DNA of 64,000 nt from Mobula hypostoma. Lineage: Eukaryota. The position numbers were made by a program, and so were the translations under genes. The stretch is from NCBI RefSeq assembly GCF_963921235.1, contig NC_086097.1, forward strand, positions 84,322,001-84,386,000. Direction: 5' to 3'. This document shows positions 1 to 12,258 of the stretch, in pieces; within the stretch, counting starts at the first letter, position 1; the number at the start of each line of letters is the position of its first letter. The notes below the pieces were generated by a model. That model ran no database searches. It was not told where the DNA came from and was given only the letters and a program-made list of their open reading frames with translations.

Positions 1-253
1 GGCGTTGTCAATAAAACTCAGCTCATTGTCCTAGAAACCCATGGGTATGAGAGACGTGTCCAGTCCATGGGATTTAGCCTTCACACCGGATATTGTTCTG
101 AACAATCTCCATCCAGACATCTGCTCAGCATCAATGGAATCCTGTAATTTTCATGTAAACAACAGGAATTCTGCAGATGCTGGAAATTCAAGCAACACAC
201 ATCAAAGTTGCTGGTGAACGCAGCAGGCCAGGCAGCATCTCTAGGAAGAGGTA

Positions 254-291
254 CAGTCGACGTTTCAGGCCGAGACCCTTCATCAGAACTA
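254..291 (-). ncRNA. Minimal type I hammerhead ribozyme motif (antisense arm)
   Basis: Reverse complement reads TAGTT-CTGATGA-AGG(GTCTCGG)CCT-GAAA-CGTC-GACTG. Confidence 0.72.
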
Positions 292-372
292 ACTGAAGGA
301 AGAGTGAGTAAGAGATTTGAGCTGGCCCTTCCCCCCCCCACTTTCAAATCTCTTACTAACTCTTCCTTCAGT

Positions 373-410
373 TAGTCCTGACGAAGGGTCTTGGCCTGAA
401 ACGTCGACTG
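373..410 (+). ncRNA. Minimal type I hammerhead ribozyme motif
   Basis: TAGTC-CTGACGA-AGG(GTCTTGG)CCT-GAAA-CGTC-GACTG: conserved core, 3-bp stem II, palindromic ACGT in place of stem III, 5-bp stem I. Predicted cut after C405. Confidence 0.75.
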
Positions 411-2560
411 TACCTCTTCCTAGAGATGCTGCCTGGCCTGCTGCGTTCACCAGCAACTTTGATGAATTTTCATGTAGGACATTTTTCATGAGCATCCCGA
501 TCTAGAGATCATAAACATGTTTTCCCTTTTACAAAGTTAACTTTATCTTTTAAAGGGTTGGCATATTATTTTAATGTGTTTGTAATTCAGGGCCACACAA
601 AATACTTGTGACGAATTCCTGGTCGATGTGGTCTTTGATGGGCTCACAAAGAAATCAAGTGACTGTAACCATGAATTATCTTTATTTGAATTGATACACT
701 CTGGATCTCAGGAGATCCCAACATACAATAATTCTATTTAAGAGCACAGCAAGTTCTCTTAATTTGCATAATTATTGGCCAAGGCTCACGCCCTTGGAAA
801 TGGTGCTCCAGAATCTTCTATACCTGAAGGGGTAGTTAGGCCCTGATTTTAACTTCTCGTTGAGGAACAACCCTTTAGACTAAGCAACACAGACAGTCAT
901 CAGTATCTTTGTGCTCAGGTTTGGAGACATGATCCATGACCATCTGTTTGAGGCAACGGTGCCACGAAGTGAGCCACCGTTATCATCACAGCAATTTTAC
1001 CTTTGTTGTAAATCTCATATAAAACCTGTTCATGTTCTGTTTAGTGAATGCAGTTAAAGTGTGTATGGGATGGATGGGGCGTGTGGTGGAGGGAGGGAGG
1101 AAGAAAACGTACGCAAATAAGAAGCCCAGCTTTGTGGGACTGCTAAGGCAGCATTAGGTTATACTGTCCAGTGATTTGTAAATGTTTCAGTGTGACAGAA
1201 GTGTGACAGGTTCTTTTAATATATTTGCTTAGCAATAATGTGCTACGGGATGGAAAACTTGAGCGATGATGCAATTACGTGACCCAGTTTAGATAGGTGA
1301 TGAAAAACCAGGCTGAAATTCACGCAATGGATCCTGGGACATAACTTAAAGAGCCAAATTTTGGAACCAACCAAACTGAAACTAATCCATGGCTATTAAA
1401 CCAGGTGAAAATATCATTAGACAAACCTAGCATTGTTATAGTAACCTGCCAGAAGTTTGCACTAGGAGGGGTGGTGGGCTTCAGACTTTCACAAGTGTAA
1501 ATTCCTTTCCCCTTGTTTCCATTTCTTTCTGCATCTTCAAAAGTTGCATTGGCATTTTAAGGGGGGATTTGCTTCTGTAGATGAGTAACTGCTGTTATTT
1601 CCAGCATCTGAAAGCTGGGGAAGACATGGGTTACTGTTTAAGAGTTCTGATTTTAAGATGTTTGCTTTGGGGCAGTGGTTTCCATCTTGATGTTTTGAAT
1701 GAATATTTTTTTCAAAAATATACTTCATTCATAAAACTTGCAAGTAAACAGTACAGTATTTTCATATGTCACATTCGCTGCACATGATATATTATTCACA
1801 TGTTATATCAGCAGAACGTCATTTTTTTCTTTCACATAAGGGATGGTGTGGGCCATTTTTACTCAGGGCCCTATTTAAGTGGGACCTATATTATAGCCAC
1901 TTTCTTATTATAGCCTTAATGATGGCTGTCCTGAATTTCAGCACGTCCCTGGCACTTGGTCGTGCAGCTGGAGCTGTGCCAGCCAGATGCCCTGACTGCT
2001 TGAACTGTGTCATTCATTCATCAGTTTCCAGTCTCGGCCACTGATGCTGGAAATCTGAAATAAATTTAGAGAAGGATAGGGATCTTGGAACAACTCCATG
2101 TTTCTCTCCACGGATGTCATCTGACCTGTTGAATATTTACAAAGCTTTCTGGTTTTAACGTATTGGCCACAAATCAAGCCTTTTTGCCTTGGGTCCTCTC
2201 TAAGTGAATGTCATTGCTGTTTGAACCCGTGGCCTTCTGAGGTTCTGTCCTTGGTGGTAACTTGGTGGCACTCAATCAAATGTGTGACCTTATCAGTCAC
2301 CGCTTTGAAGCTATATCCAGATTTCTTTGTTTTGTTGCTCTCCTGGGTCCTACCGCATGTTGGCTGTCCCAACATTCACACAATGAATGTTAAATGATAA
2401 CACTTACGGGATTGTAGTGCTTGTATTGTTTGGAGATGGAGCAGGATGGGCTTTTGACAGATCAAGCAGAGCAATAGAAACATCTTGTTAGCCATTTCCT
2501 TTGTAATGCATAGCAGTTGCTTAAATTGACGTAGGGTGAAGATAATTGCTTTATTTACAG

Positions 2561-2629
2561 TGAAACACTTGGTTATAAAACAACTCTCACAAACTGTTGG
2601 CAAACCTGGCAATTACAATCCAACTGGAG
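2561..2629 (+). CDS. SMOC1: Candidate upstream SMOC1 exon (SMOC-unique domain)
   Basis: ttgctttatttacag| acceptor. 69 bp phase-1/phase-1 open frame xKHLVIKQLSQTVGKPGNYNPTG, where KHLVIK matches tetrapod SMOC1. Its last G would join AC at 30958 in frame. The donor (AG|gtcatt) is weak and the expected upstream EITAPTLWI is absent. Confidence 0.35.
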
Positions 2630-3004
2630 GTCATTTAATGGGGCCCTTTAAACAGCTTGGATCTTAAAGGAAAACTAATTGGTGCCTAAGTGCTGAGTAG
2701 ATAACCTGCCTGTGAACTGCTATAAAAATGATTTAGGTTGTCCCAATCTCAGTGTTTACAGCACTGAAAGGAATTTGTAGAACTGTTGGGTAGGTTGCTG
2801 CAAATTAATTTAAAATAAACAGCCCACGGTTGGACAGGCTAAAGAAGAGAAAGGACTAGTGTTCCTGATCAAATTTCAAAATAGATAATAAACCTGATTC
2901 TGTTACACGGGGCATATTGAATGAATTCAAAATGGTCTGTTTGTCAGTAAAAGTAAGATTGCTTCTTAATCCTACACCAAAGTTTTGCTCTATCACAAAT
3001 TTTC

Positions 3005-3455
3005 CAAGTCCAAAGTTCAATGTAAATTTATTATCAAAGTATGCAGAGGTCACCATGTACTGCTTTGAGATCCATTTTCTTGTGGGCATTCACAGTAGAT
3101 GTAAAGAGACACAACAGAATTAATGAAAAACTACACACAAAGAAAGATGGACAGAACAATTTGAAAAGTAAGACAAACTGTGTAAATACCAAAGAAACTA
3201 GTAAAAATAATAAATAAAATTGAGAACAGGAGTAGTGGAGTCTTGAAGATGAGTCCATAGATCATGGAAGCAGCTCAGCGGTGACAAGAGTGAAGTTATT
3301 CACCCTGGTTCAGGACCCTGATAGCTGAGGAGTAATAACTGCTCCTGAACCTGGTGGTGTGGGACCTAAGGCTCCTGTGTCTTCTTGATGGCAGCATCAT
3401 GAGGAGAGTATAGCCTCGATGGTGGGGGTCCTGGGTGGCGGATGCTGCTTTCAAG
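3005..3455 (-). mobile_element. Decayed 3' part of a Rex/Babar- or L2-type LINE
   Basis: Shares aatttattatcaaagta..ccattttcttgtgggcattcac and ..cctgaacctggtggtgtgggac.. blocks with copies near 48125-48445, 8090-8590 and 28770-29200. Confidence 0.55.
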
Positions 3456-3963
3456 ATGTGTATTTGAGAGAAACATCAACTATTGGAGTATTCTCTAACT
3501 GGCAGTCCAGGTTGATATTAACAAAGGCTGAAAGTATACATGACTCTAAGGCAGGGGTTCACAAGCTGGGGTCCATGGACCTTCTTGCTTAGTGGTATAG
3601 GTCCATGGCATAAAAATGCTGGGAACTCCTGCTCAAAATCTGTTGGACTTAGAGAGGTGATGAAACCGAACTTCTTCGGACTGCGGTAAAGGAGCTTCTC
3701 AGTCACAGTAAGATGCTGAGAAGTGAGAATGCCCACTTTTACTGAGGTCAAGTCAAAACTGCTTGAATGCTTTGCAGGTTCAGTTTAACATTCTGCCCTC
3801 CTTGTTGAATATGGTGACTCTCAGAGATCCATGCACTGTTGGAGGCAGACTTCGGGTAGACTATCCCTCTTGGATTTGTCTGTGGACAGCATCCAAAGGT
3901 GGAAGGATTATGGATTCGAATCTCACTCTGGGGACTTGAGGACAAAAACCTTAGCTGAGGGTA

Positions 3964-4527
3964 CATAGACATAGACATAGACATAGACATACTTTATTGA
4001 TCCCGAGGGAAATTGAGTTTTGTTACAGCTGCACCAACCAAGAATAGAGCATAAATATAGAAATACAAAAACCACAAACAATCAAACAACAATATGCAAA
4101 CTATGCCAGATGGAAGTAAGTCCAGGACCAGCCTATTGGCTCAGGGTGTCTGATCCTTCACGGGAGGAGCTGCATAGTTCGATGGCCACAGGCAGGAACA
4201 ACCTCCGATGACGCCCAGTGTTGTATCTCGGTGGAATATGGCCGGAGTCCAACAGCAAAAAGTTCAATATCCAGGCTACAAACACGTTCCTCAATCATAA
4301 TATGACCAGGATTGCACCATCTGTTGTTAACCAGAACAGCAAGCCCCCAACGCTTACCTCCTTTACGCTTACCACTCTCAGTGCACTTCTGGTCAGCCCA
4401 AACGGTCTGGAAGCCCTCCATGGAAAAGTTTTGGTCAGGTATGTCCACGTTGTGGTATTGAGGCTGCGCTGGGTGGTGTCGACTTTCAGGTGAGGCTTTA
4501 AACTGCTCTTTAAGCAAGTACGCAGTA
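3964..4527 (-). mobile_element. Internally deleted Rex/Babar-type LINE
   Basis: (CATAGA)4 tail at 3964-3987. The minus strand encodes APE-like SGKRKGG..LAVLVNNRWC..DIELFAVGLRPY fused at ~4236 to ORF2 C-terminal-like PRYNTGRHRRLFLPVAIELCSS. Confidence 0.7.
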
Positions 4528-4561
4528 GGTACTTCAAAGATGAGTAGGGCAAGTATTCCCT

Positions 4562-5143
4562 AACAGAAGAAATTCTGCAGATGCTGGAAATCCAAAGCAA
4601 TACACTCAAGCTGCTGGAGGAACTCTGCAGGTCAGGCAGCATCTAGGGGAATGAATAAACAGTTGACGTTTCGGGCTGAGACTCTTCTTCGGGACTGAAA
4701 AGGAAGGGCGAAGATGCCAGACTAAAATGGTGGAGGAAGGGGAAGGAGGATTGCTAGAAGGTGACAGGTGAAGCCAGGTGGGTAGGAAAGATAAAGGGCT
4801 GGAGAAGAAGGAATCTAATAGGAGAGGAAAGTGGGCCATAGGAGAAAGGGAAGGAGGAGGGGAGTCAGGGGGAGGTAATAGGCAGGTGAGAAGAGGTAAG
4901 AGGCCAGAGTGGGAAATAGAAGAAGAGGGGAGTAAGAGGGAGTTTTTTTTTTATGGGAAGGAGAAATTGATATTCACGCCATCAGGTTGGAGAGTACCAA
5001 GACGGAATATAAGGTGTTGGTCCTCCACCCTGGGGGTGGCCTCATCTTGGCACAAGAGGAGCCATGGACCGGCATGTCGGAACAGGAATGGGAATTAAAA
5101 CGTTTGGCCTCCGGGAAGTTCTGTTTTTGGCGGATGGAGCGGC
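4562..5143 (-). mobile_element. Penelope-like element 3' portion (GIY-YIG C-terminal remnant and terminal repeat)
   Basis: Minus-strand frames give FNSHSCSDMPVHG and ..QHLIFRLGTLQPDGVNINF, typical of vertebrate PLE GIY-YIG ends. These are followed by a pyrimidine-rich UTR and the hammerhead repeat (core mutated to CCGAAGA, 4660-4697). Confidence 0.8.
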
Positions 5144-6209
5144 GTATTCCATGCCTGTATCTCCTGTTACAGACTTGGTCTTTGCTGTTGCTTCTGGTAG
5201 CAACTTGGGCGCAGCAGAGCTGTTTCCTCCACTGCATCTGCTGCACCCTAGACCACCTCATGAATTGCAACTAGATGGACTTTGCTGCTGGTTTGCAGAT
5301 AAATCTGAGCAACAGTATCACAGAAATTTCCCCAGCTCATTCAGAATGGTGCCCTAGGAAGATACACACCTACCCGAGAGGAAAGTCTTGGATTAACTTC
5401 AGTTGGGAATAAAATGAAGCCATCTGAAAGCACGGCCACTGCTCCCCTGCAGTCCTGCCCCCTTCTCCTTTCACACGCATTTAGGTGAAAGATCTCACCT
5501 CATGAGTGTGTGTTTAGCAGAAGCGTATCCTACACAAAAATAAAATGTATGAAGTTCAGGAAGTACTGCAGTCGAAGATATGATGCAGTCACTACAGCAC
5601 CAATTAATTTATTGATCTCCAATGCATTTAAAGTAAATATAAACTTCAACACAGAACAAATTGATTAGAATGGTACACAATAACAAACACGATAAAATTT
5701 GCAGATGCTGGAAATCCAACTGTCTCCTGCTCCGCTTGCTTTGACAGAAGTTACAGGTTCAAACCCCACTCTAGATACTTGATTAGAGTCACTAAAAATA
5801 GATCCACTGGTTGTTAGGCGTGTTGTGTGCAAATGTCTTGCTGTGTTTCCTCTAATGCAGCAGGGACTCTATTTTGGGAATGCCTTGAAAGCTGACATAG
5901 ACTTTTTATGGGCTGAATGATTTCTTTCTATATGGTAAGAAATGGTTGCTCTACTTCCTGTATCTCAGTCAAGACTGTGATGGAACTGTGCTATGTACAG
6001 TCCTGTTGCAGGTACTTTGGGACACCCTGAGATCACAGTGGAGCAGCTGGTAGAACTGCTGCCCTCACAACCCTTGTGATCCAGGTTCAGTCCTGACCTC
6101 TGGTGTCGTCTGTTCAGGCTTCGCCTGTTCTCCCTTTGACCAGGTGGTTTTCCTGTGAGTGAAAATATGCCCAAGTTGGCGGATCAACTGCCCCCTCTAC
6201 TGTATAATT

Positions 6210-7029
6210 AACATAGAACATTATAATAGTACAGCACAGTACAGGCCCTTTGGCCCACAATGTAGTGCCAACCCTTAAACCCTGCCTTCCATATAACCCC
6301 CCACCTTAAATTCCTCCATATACCTGTCTAGCAGTCTCTTAAATTTCAGTAGTGTATCTGCCTCCACCACAGACTCAGGCAGTGCATTCCACACACCAAC
6401 CACTCTCTGAGTAAAAAACCTTACTCTAATATCCCCCTTGAACTTCCCATCCCTTACCTTAAAGCCATGTCCTCTTGTATTGAGCAGTGGTGCCCTGGGG
6501 AAGAGATGCTGGCTGTCCACTCTATCTATTCCTTTTAATATCTTGTATACCTCTATCATGTCTCCTCTCATCCTCCTTCTTTCCAAAGAATAAAGCCCTA
6601 GCTCCCTTAATCTCTGATCATAATGCATACTCTCTAAACCAGGCAGCATCCTGGTAAATCTCCTCTGTACCCTTTCCAATGCTTCCACATCCTTCCTATA
6701 GTGAGGCGACTAGAACTGGATGCAGTACTCCAAGTGTGGCTTAACCAGAGTTTTATAGAGCTGCATCATTACATCGCGACTCTTAAACTCTGTCCCTCGA
6801 CTTATGAAGGCTAACACCCCATAAGCTTTCTTAACTGCCCTATCTACCTGTGAGGCAACTTTCAGGGATCTGTGGACATGTACTCCAGATCCCTCTGCTC
6901 CTCCACACTACCAAGTACCCTGCCATTTACTTTGTACTCTGCCTTGGAGTTTGTCCTTCCAAAGTGTACCATCTCACACTTCTCCGGGTTGAACTCCACC
7001 TGCCACTTCTCAGCCCACTTCTGCATCCT
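6210..7029 (-). mobile_element. CR1 LINE 3' fragment
   Basis: ORFs ALERVQRRFTRMLPGL..LYSLERRRMRGDMIEVYKI..TRGH..FFTQRVVGVWNALP and WAEKWQVEFNPEKCEMVHFGR are diagnostic of the CR1 ORF2 C-terminus. CATAGAA-type tail at 6210. Confidence 0.9.
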
Positions 7030-7459
7030 AGCTGAGTAATAGAAATGAGAGGGGCAGTTGTTATTGGGAATTCGGTGAGAATAAAGTAACATTAGTGTAT
7101 TTTGGAAGTTGATCTACTGACTTGGTGGACCAATGGGCCCGTTCTCTTCCTGTAGGACTCCATAACAAATGACATCATTTATAAATGCAAGTCTGTTCAT
7201 TCATTGCATCTACAGTTGATATTTTTCAACTAATTTTTTTTTGCTAAAGAGCACCTCCTGGATCTCTTGGCTTCCAGTTTAGTTTGGTATGAAATGAAAT
7301 CATTAATCATTAATATAAAAATGCTTTAAGATAAAAGCTGAAAAATGTCTGTGGACCCAATTGTGTCTTGCTTGCTGTCTTCTGAAGCCCACTCTGGATC
7401 ACTCGTAATATGTCACAGGGAGCCAACTAGATTGAAATCTCGCCTTCCCCGTGAGCTTG

Positions 7460-8590
7460 GTAAATTGGTTTAATATTATAGTCACATGTACCCAGGTATC
7501 CATATATCTCCTTTCATTACAACAGTACATTGGGATAGCACAAGAGAAACTAATAACAGAATGCAGAATGTAGTGTAACAGTAACAGAGAAAGTGCAGTG
7601 CAGGCAAACAATAAGCTGCAAGGATAGTTGTGAGGGCAAGAGTTCATCTTATGGTCCAAGGGGACTATTGGAAAGTCTTATAACACCGAGACAGAAAATG
7701 TCGTTGAGCTGCTTTATCAAGGCAGTATGAAGTGCAGGAAGGCTGGTTTCTATCCACAACACCACAACTTCTTGTACTCTTGGCAGAGCAGTTGCCATGG
7801 TAAGCAATGATGCATCCAGATAAGAAGCTTTCCACGGTGTGCCAATAAAAATTGGTGACAGCTCTTTATCCTCTTGAGGGAGTAGAGGTGCTGGTGAGCT
7901 TTCTTGCCGTTGCGTCCCTGTGGTTAGACCAGGACAGGGTATTGGTGATGTTCACTCCTTGGAACTTCAAACTTCCAGACTCTTGACCTCAGCACCGTTA
8001 ATGCAAACAGGAGCATGTGCACAGCACCCTCTTCCTGAAGTTGATGAGTTGCTGCTCTGCTTTTCCGACAATGAGGGAATTTTTTAAAAATCAAAATTCA
8101 AAGTCAAGGTTATTGTCATCTGCTCAAGTACATGTATGAACAGGTCCAATTAAAAACTTGCAGCCACATCACTTGCACATAGCATCAACTAAAAAGTATT
8201 CAGAAGAAAACTGTAAATTGAACATAAATTATACATTTTTTTACATGTAATCATAATTAGAACAAAAAATAAACCAAGTCAGTTGTGGTGCAAAGTGGTC
8301 AAAGTGTTCACAATGTTGCTAAACTGCAGGATTACGGTTCTCTGGTTGGTTCAAGACCGAATATTTGAAGCGAAGTAACTGTTCTTGGACCCGGTAGTGT
8401 GGGACTTCAGGGTCCTGCCTGATGGTTGCTGTAAAAAGGTGGTGTGGCTTAGATAGTGGGGTTGTTTGATAGATGTTGCCCTTTTGAAGCAGCAGCTCCT
8501 GTAAATACTGCCAGTGATGGGGTGGGATGTTATCATGATGTACTGGGCAGAGTCCACTACTCTCTGTCGCTTCTTGCGTTCTTACGCATT
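7460..8590 (-). mobile_element. Two adjacent decayed Rex/Babar- or L2-type LINE 3' fragments
   Basis: tttattgtca..catgta 3'-end motifs near 7470 and 8110. ORF 8351-8557 (SIYRSCCFKRATSI..H.SH..F..PSGR) resembles this clade's C-terminus. Confidence 0.55.
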
Positions 8591-9456
8591 TGCTTTTGCA
8601 TGGGTATTGAAGGCAATACTGTAGTCAATAAACAATAGTTTAATGTAGGTGCTTTTACTGTCCTTTACTATCTTAATAGACACCAGACAGGGTGAATCCG
8701 TATGTCCTAATTCCCCTGTCAGAGAAGCCAAGAGTTGTGGGACTTGGACTTTAGATGTTTTGGGTGGACATCTTTCACCTGAACTGTCAGATCAGACGAA
8801 TGATCTCGTTCCAGAACGTTGACTGTTCCTTTTCCTCCACAGATGCTGCCTGACCTGCTTTTTGTGTGTTGCTTATTTAGGGAGCACACGGATGAACATC
8901 TGATGTGACATAACTTAAAAGTCTGCAGACATTTGAACTCAGGCCTGAGCAGCTGACTTGTGAACCATGGCTGAAGGACTTGGTCCTGTGACATCAGGTT
9001 CAGCAAATCTCACATTCTGACAATAACTGGAGCTATAGAGAGTTACGGAATAGAAACAGGCTCTTCAGCCAACCAAGTCTGTGCAAACCTTCACTCACTC
9101 ATGTATACTAATTCCATGTTTATCCCTTTTTATTTACTCCCCCCATTCTCCTCAGGCTCCCCCAGATTCTATCAATCAGCATTGTGGGCAATTTGCAGCA
9201 CTGAGCAATCTGCATTTGTTTGGGCCATGGAGAGAAACTCTTAGAAAACCCACACAGTCACAGGGAAATGTGCAAACTCTACAAAAACAACAAGCAAAAT
9301 CAGGATTAAGCCCTGTCCTTATAACTTCCCATGTCATATAAAAAGGAAGCTCCCTGTGAAAGCATGTGGTTCTGCTGTTGCCAGAAACCTAGAGCAACGA
9401 ACGCATAATACTGGAGAAACTCAGCAAGTCACGCAGCTTCCATGGAGGGGGATCAA

Positions 9457-9494
9457 CAGTTGACATTTCAGGTCGAGACCCTTCATCAGGACTG
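9457..9494 (-). ncRNA. Hammerhead motif in a PLE fragment (~9375-9605)
   Basis: Reverse complement CAGTC-CTGATGA-AGG(GTCTCGA)CCT-GAAA-TGTC-AACTG. Core intact, mismatch at the first pair of stem I. Confidence 0.55.
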
Positions 9495-12258
9495 GAAAGG
9501 AAGGGAGCAGAAGCCAAAGTAAGAAGGTGGGGGGGGGTGGAATTACCAGAAGTTAGAAAAATTGATGTTCATGCCCAACAGGTTGGAGGCTACCCAGACA
9601 AAATGCTGAATTCCTCTGACCTGGAGCCAGAAACCTACAGGCATCTCCAGTTGTTCTCAGCTTGACCCTGTGGGCACTACCACAGGAGATCCATGAACTC
9701 AATGGCTGACTGAAGGTTCTAGGTTGCCCTTCTCAGAACATCCAAGTCACTTCCTTCAAGTATAATTTGTTGACTGTGAAGTTACTTTTGTAGGAAATGC
9801 AGCAGTTACTTTATGCATGGTAAGATGCCACAATCAGGAATGTGGTAGTGACCAGGCTGCCTGCTTTAGGAATGTTGACTGAGGATTCAAAAATCTGAGG
9901 ACTCTTTTAAAAAAAAATTATATGAATGAGCTTTTAAATCATCATGTGGTCCTACTGCTGGTAAATGGAATTAATATAGATGTGTATGGGGTGGTCAGCT
10001 TAGTCATGGTGGGCTGAATGCTATTAATTATTTGCTAGGACACAGGATAAATACCTGCTCTTCAGAATAATACCATGGCAACTTTTGCTTCCAACTGTGG
10101 GGACAGAGGCAGTCTCAGATGAATGCCTCATCCAAAACTGAGCATCGCTGATGGGGAACCATTTCCTCGTTTTGCACTGAAGCAAGAGTTGAACTCACAA
10201 CTTTCTACTTCCAAGAACCTACTTTTGCAACATCCACAGTCATACAGAACATTCGGCCCACTGACTAGGAGACTCCCATTCTCCCTACATTCTTTTCAAC
10301 TCCCTCCAGATTGACTTACACAGCTGAGGCAATTTCCAGTGACAAATTGCTTGCCAATTAATTTATTTTGGGTGCAGGGGGAATCTGAGCACCTGGAAGA
10401 AACCCATGCAGTATTTGGGAGGGCGTGCTACTCCACATAGACAGGATCAGGAATGAACACAGGTCATTGGGGTTGTGAGGCAGTAGCTGTACCACTCTTC
10501 TGAAAATGAAACTTATTTTAACAACAAAGCAAGTTAATCCAAGGAGCGTGCTTCTTTGGTGAATTGGTCATTTGCTTTGTTGGTGGAAGAAGTAAATTCA
10601 AAAAGAAAAAGTTTTTAAATTAGTCAGATATGGCAGCTTTTAGCATCTTGTAGAACTTGGTTTAAAATTGCAGACTCTGGCTATTGCTTTAAAGGACAAG
10701 GATCATACTGAATATTGGGCTACAGGTTATGTATTTTGGGGATTTCCATGCAAAGATACTTTGCATTGGAAGGATTTGTGTTGCATGTGATGCAGTTAGA
10801 TGAGCCTAGTTTTCTAGCCACCTGCCTGTATCTGGACAAAGTGCTTTACGTACTGAACTGCATACACTGGAAATCTGAACCAAACACAAGAGAATGTTGA
10901 AAATACCCAGCAGGTCTGGCATCATCTGTATATGGAGAAATAGTTAATGCTTCATTTCAAATGGTTCTGGGTTTAAACTTTACTTAGACTCTTGAATGGT
11001 CATTAACTTAAAACATTAATCTATTTCTCTCTCTCCTGTTCTTATGATTCCCATGGTTAGTGATTCAGCATAACTTTGACCCTGTCAAGTTTCAGTGACA
11101 TCACAGTTCCCTTCGAAAGAAAAAAATAAAAGCAAAAATAATTTAGCAGGTCAGGCAGCAGCCGTAGAGGGAGAAGCAGAGTTAATGTTTTCGCTTGTTA
11201 CCCCTTTATCAGAACTCAAATCATTAAGTGTTTTTCACCGCTTGTCCTGTTGAGTATTTCCAATATTTTCTGTACTTGGTACAACACTTTGAATTCCAGT
11301 TGCTGGGCAACTTTATTGAAAAGCAATAGAGTACATAATTGCAACCAGAATCAGATTCCAAACACTTGCAGTAATTGTTGTTAACGGTAATCATTCTGCA
11401 TGAGAAAATAGCAAACGTTTTTTGCCATTGCTGATTACAGTTGCTTCATGTGGATTGGAGGTAGATCTGTAAGGCAAAAGAGCAGTGGGGGGAAGTCAGA
11501 CTATAAGACAGCTCTAAAAAGTCATCACTGAATCATTGGGCCAGATGGCGTGATGCAATGCTTGACTCTGTGTAAGGAATTTAGTAATCCTTGGATCATG
11601 GAGGATTTTGTCTGTTGTATCTTAATGTGCACAGAGAATCTAGTCAAGTGGCCTTCAGTCAGTCTAGATAATTTAATGGTGATCAAAACTCGTGAAAGTG
11701 TTAAGCCAGTTTCAGGTGAATTCAAATAACAGCATCTTGATCAAATATTACCAGAATTATCACAGTGTATTTGCTTTTCTTTCTTTTGCTTCTCCCTGAA
11801 GCAAACTGCATACCAACTGAACAAGCCATCCAGGTTGTATTGGATAAATTTCTTTTCGGAGAATGGTATTCAGTGTTAACTCTTAATTGACAGAATTCAA
11901 GAAGCTTGTGCTAAATAGTCAAATGACTTATTTTTATTACAGGGCAGGTAGCTCAACATGACATCCACAGATTTGTTTTTCTTTGGTTTCACAGATTAGT
12001 ATTAAGGAATGGGAACTCCATCTGACTGTAGCCTCGCCCTTCTTAACAGAACCAATTATTTTCTGGTCTGGTTTTAAGTCCAATATAAACGTGCTGATTC
12101 AACACCAGCATGGACTGAACCCAAGACTTGATGATTTTTATGTTGTTTCTGGAGAAGTTACCAACAGTCAGAACTGTGGCAGGGGAATTGCCACAATTGC
12201 CTTTAACTTACTGAGTGTCTACTTATAGCCCTTATTTTATAACTGATAATCAGGAATA

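Larger units (their letters stand above)
158..464 (-). mobile_element. Penelope-like element terminal repeat insertion with inverted partial copy
   Basis: Arms 200-320 and 344-464 are near-perfect reverse complements. 158-199 is an unpaired tail. Flanked by a 12-bp direct repeat AATTTTCATGTA (146-157, 465-476). The same repeat is attached to GIY-YIG remnants elsewhere in the window. Confidence 0.85.

Noticed and set aside
81..505. Similar ORFs on opposite strands (LLLTLPSVS.DEGS.PETSTVP..)
   Set aside because: Artefact of the inverted PLE repeat, not coding.
11770..11870. Long polypyrimidine tract plus AG as a possible exon
   Set aside because: No frame gives SMOC-like sequence and the donor is unconvincing.
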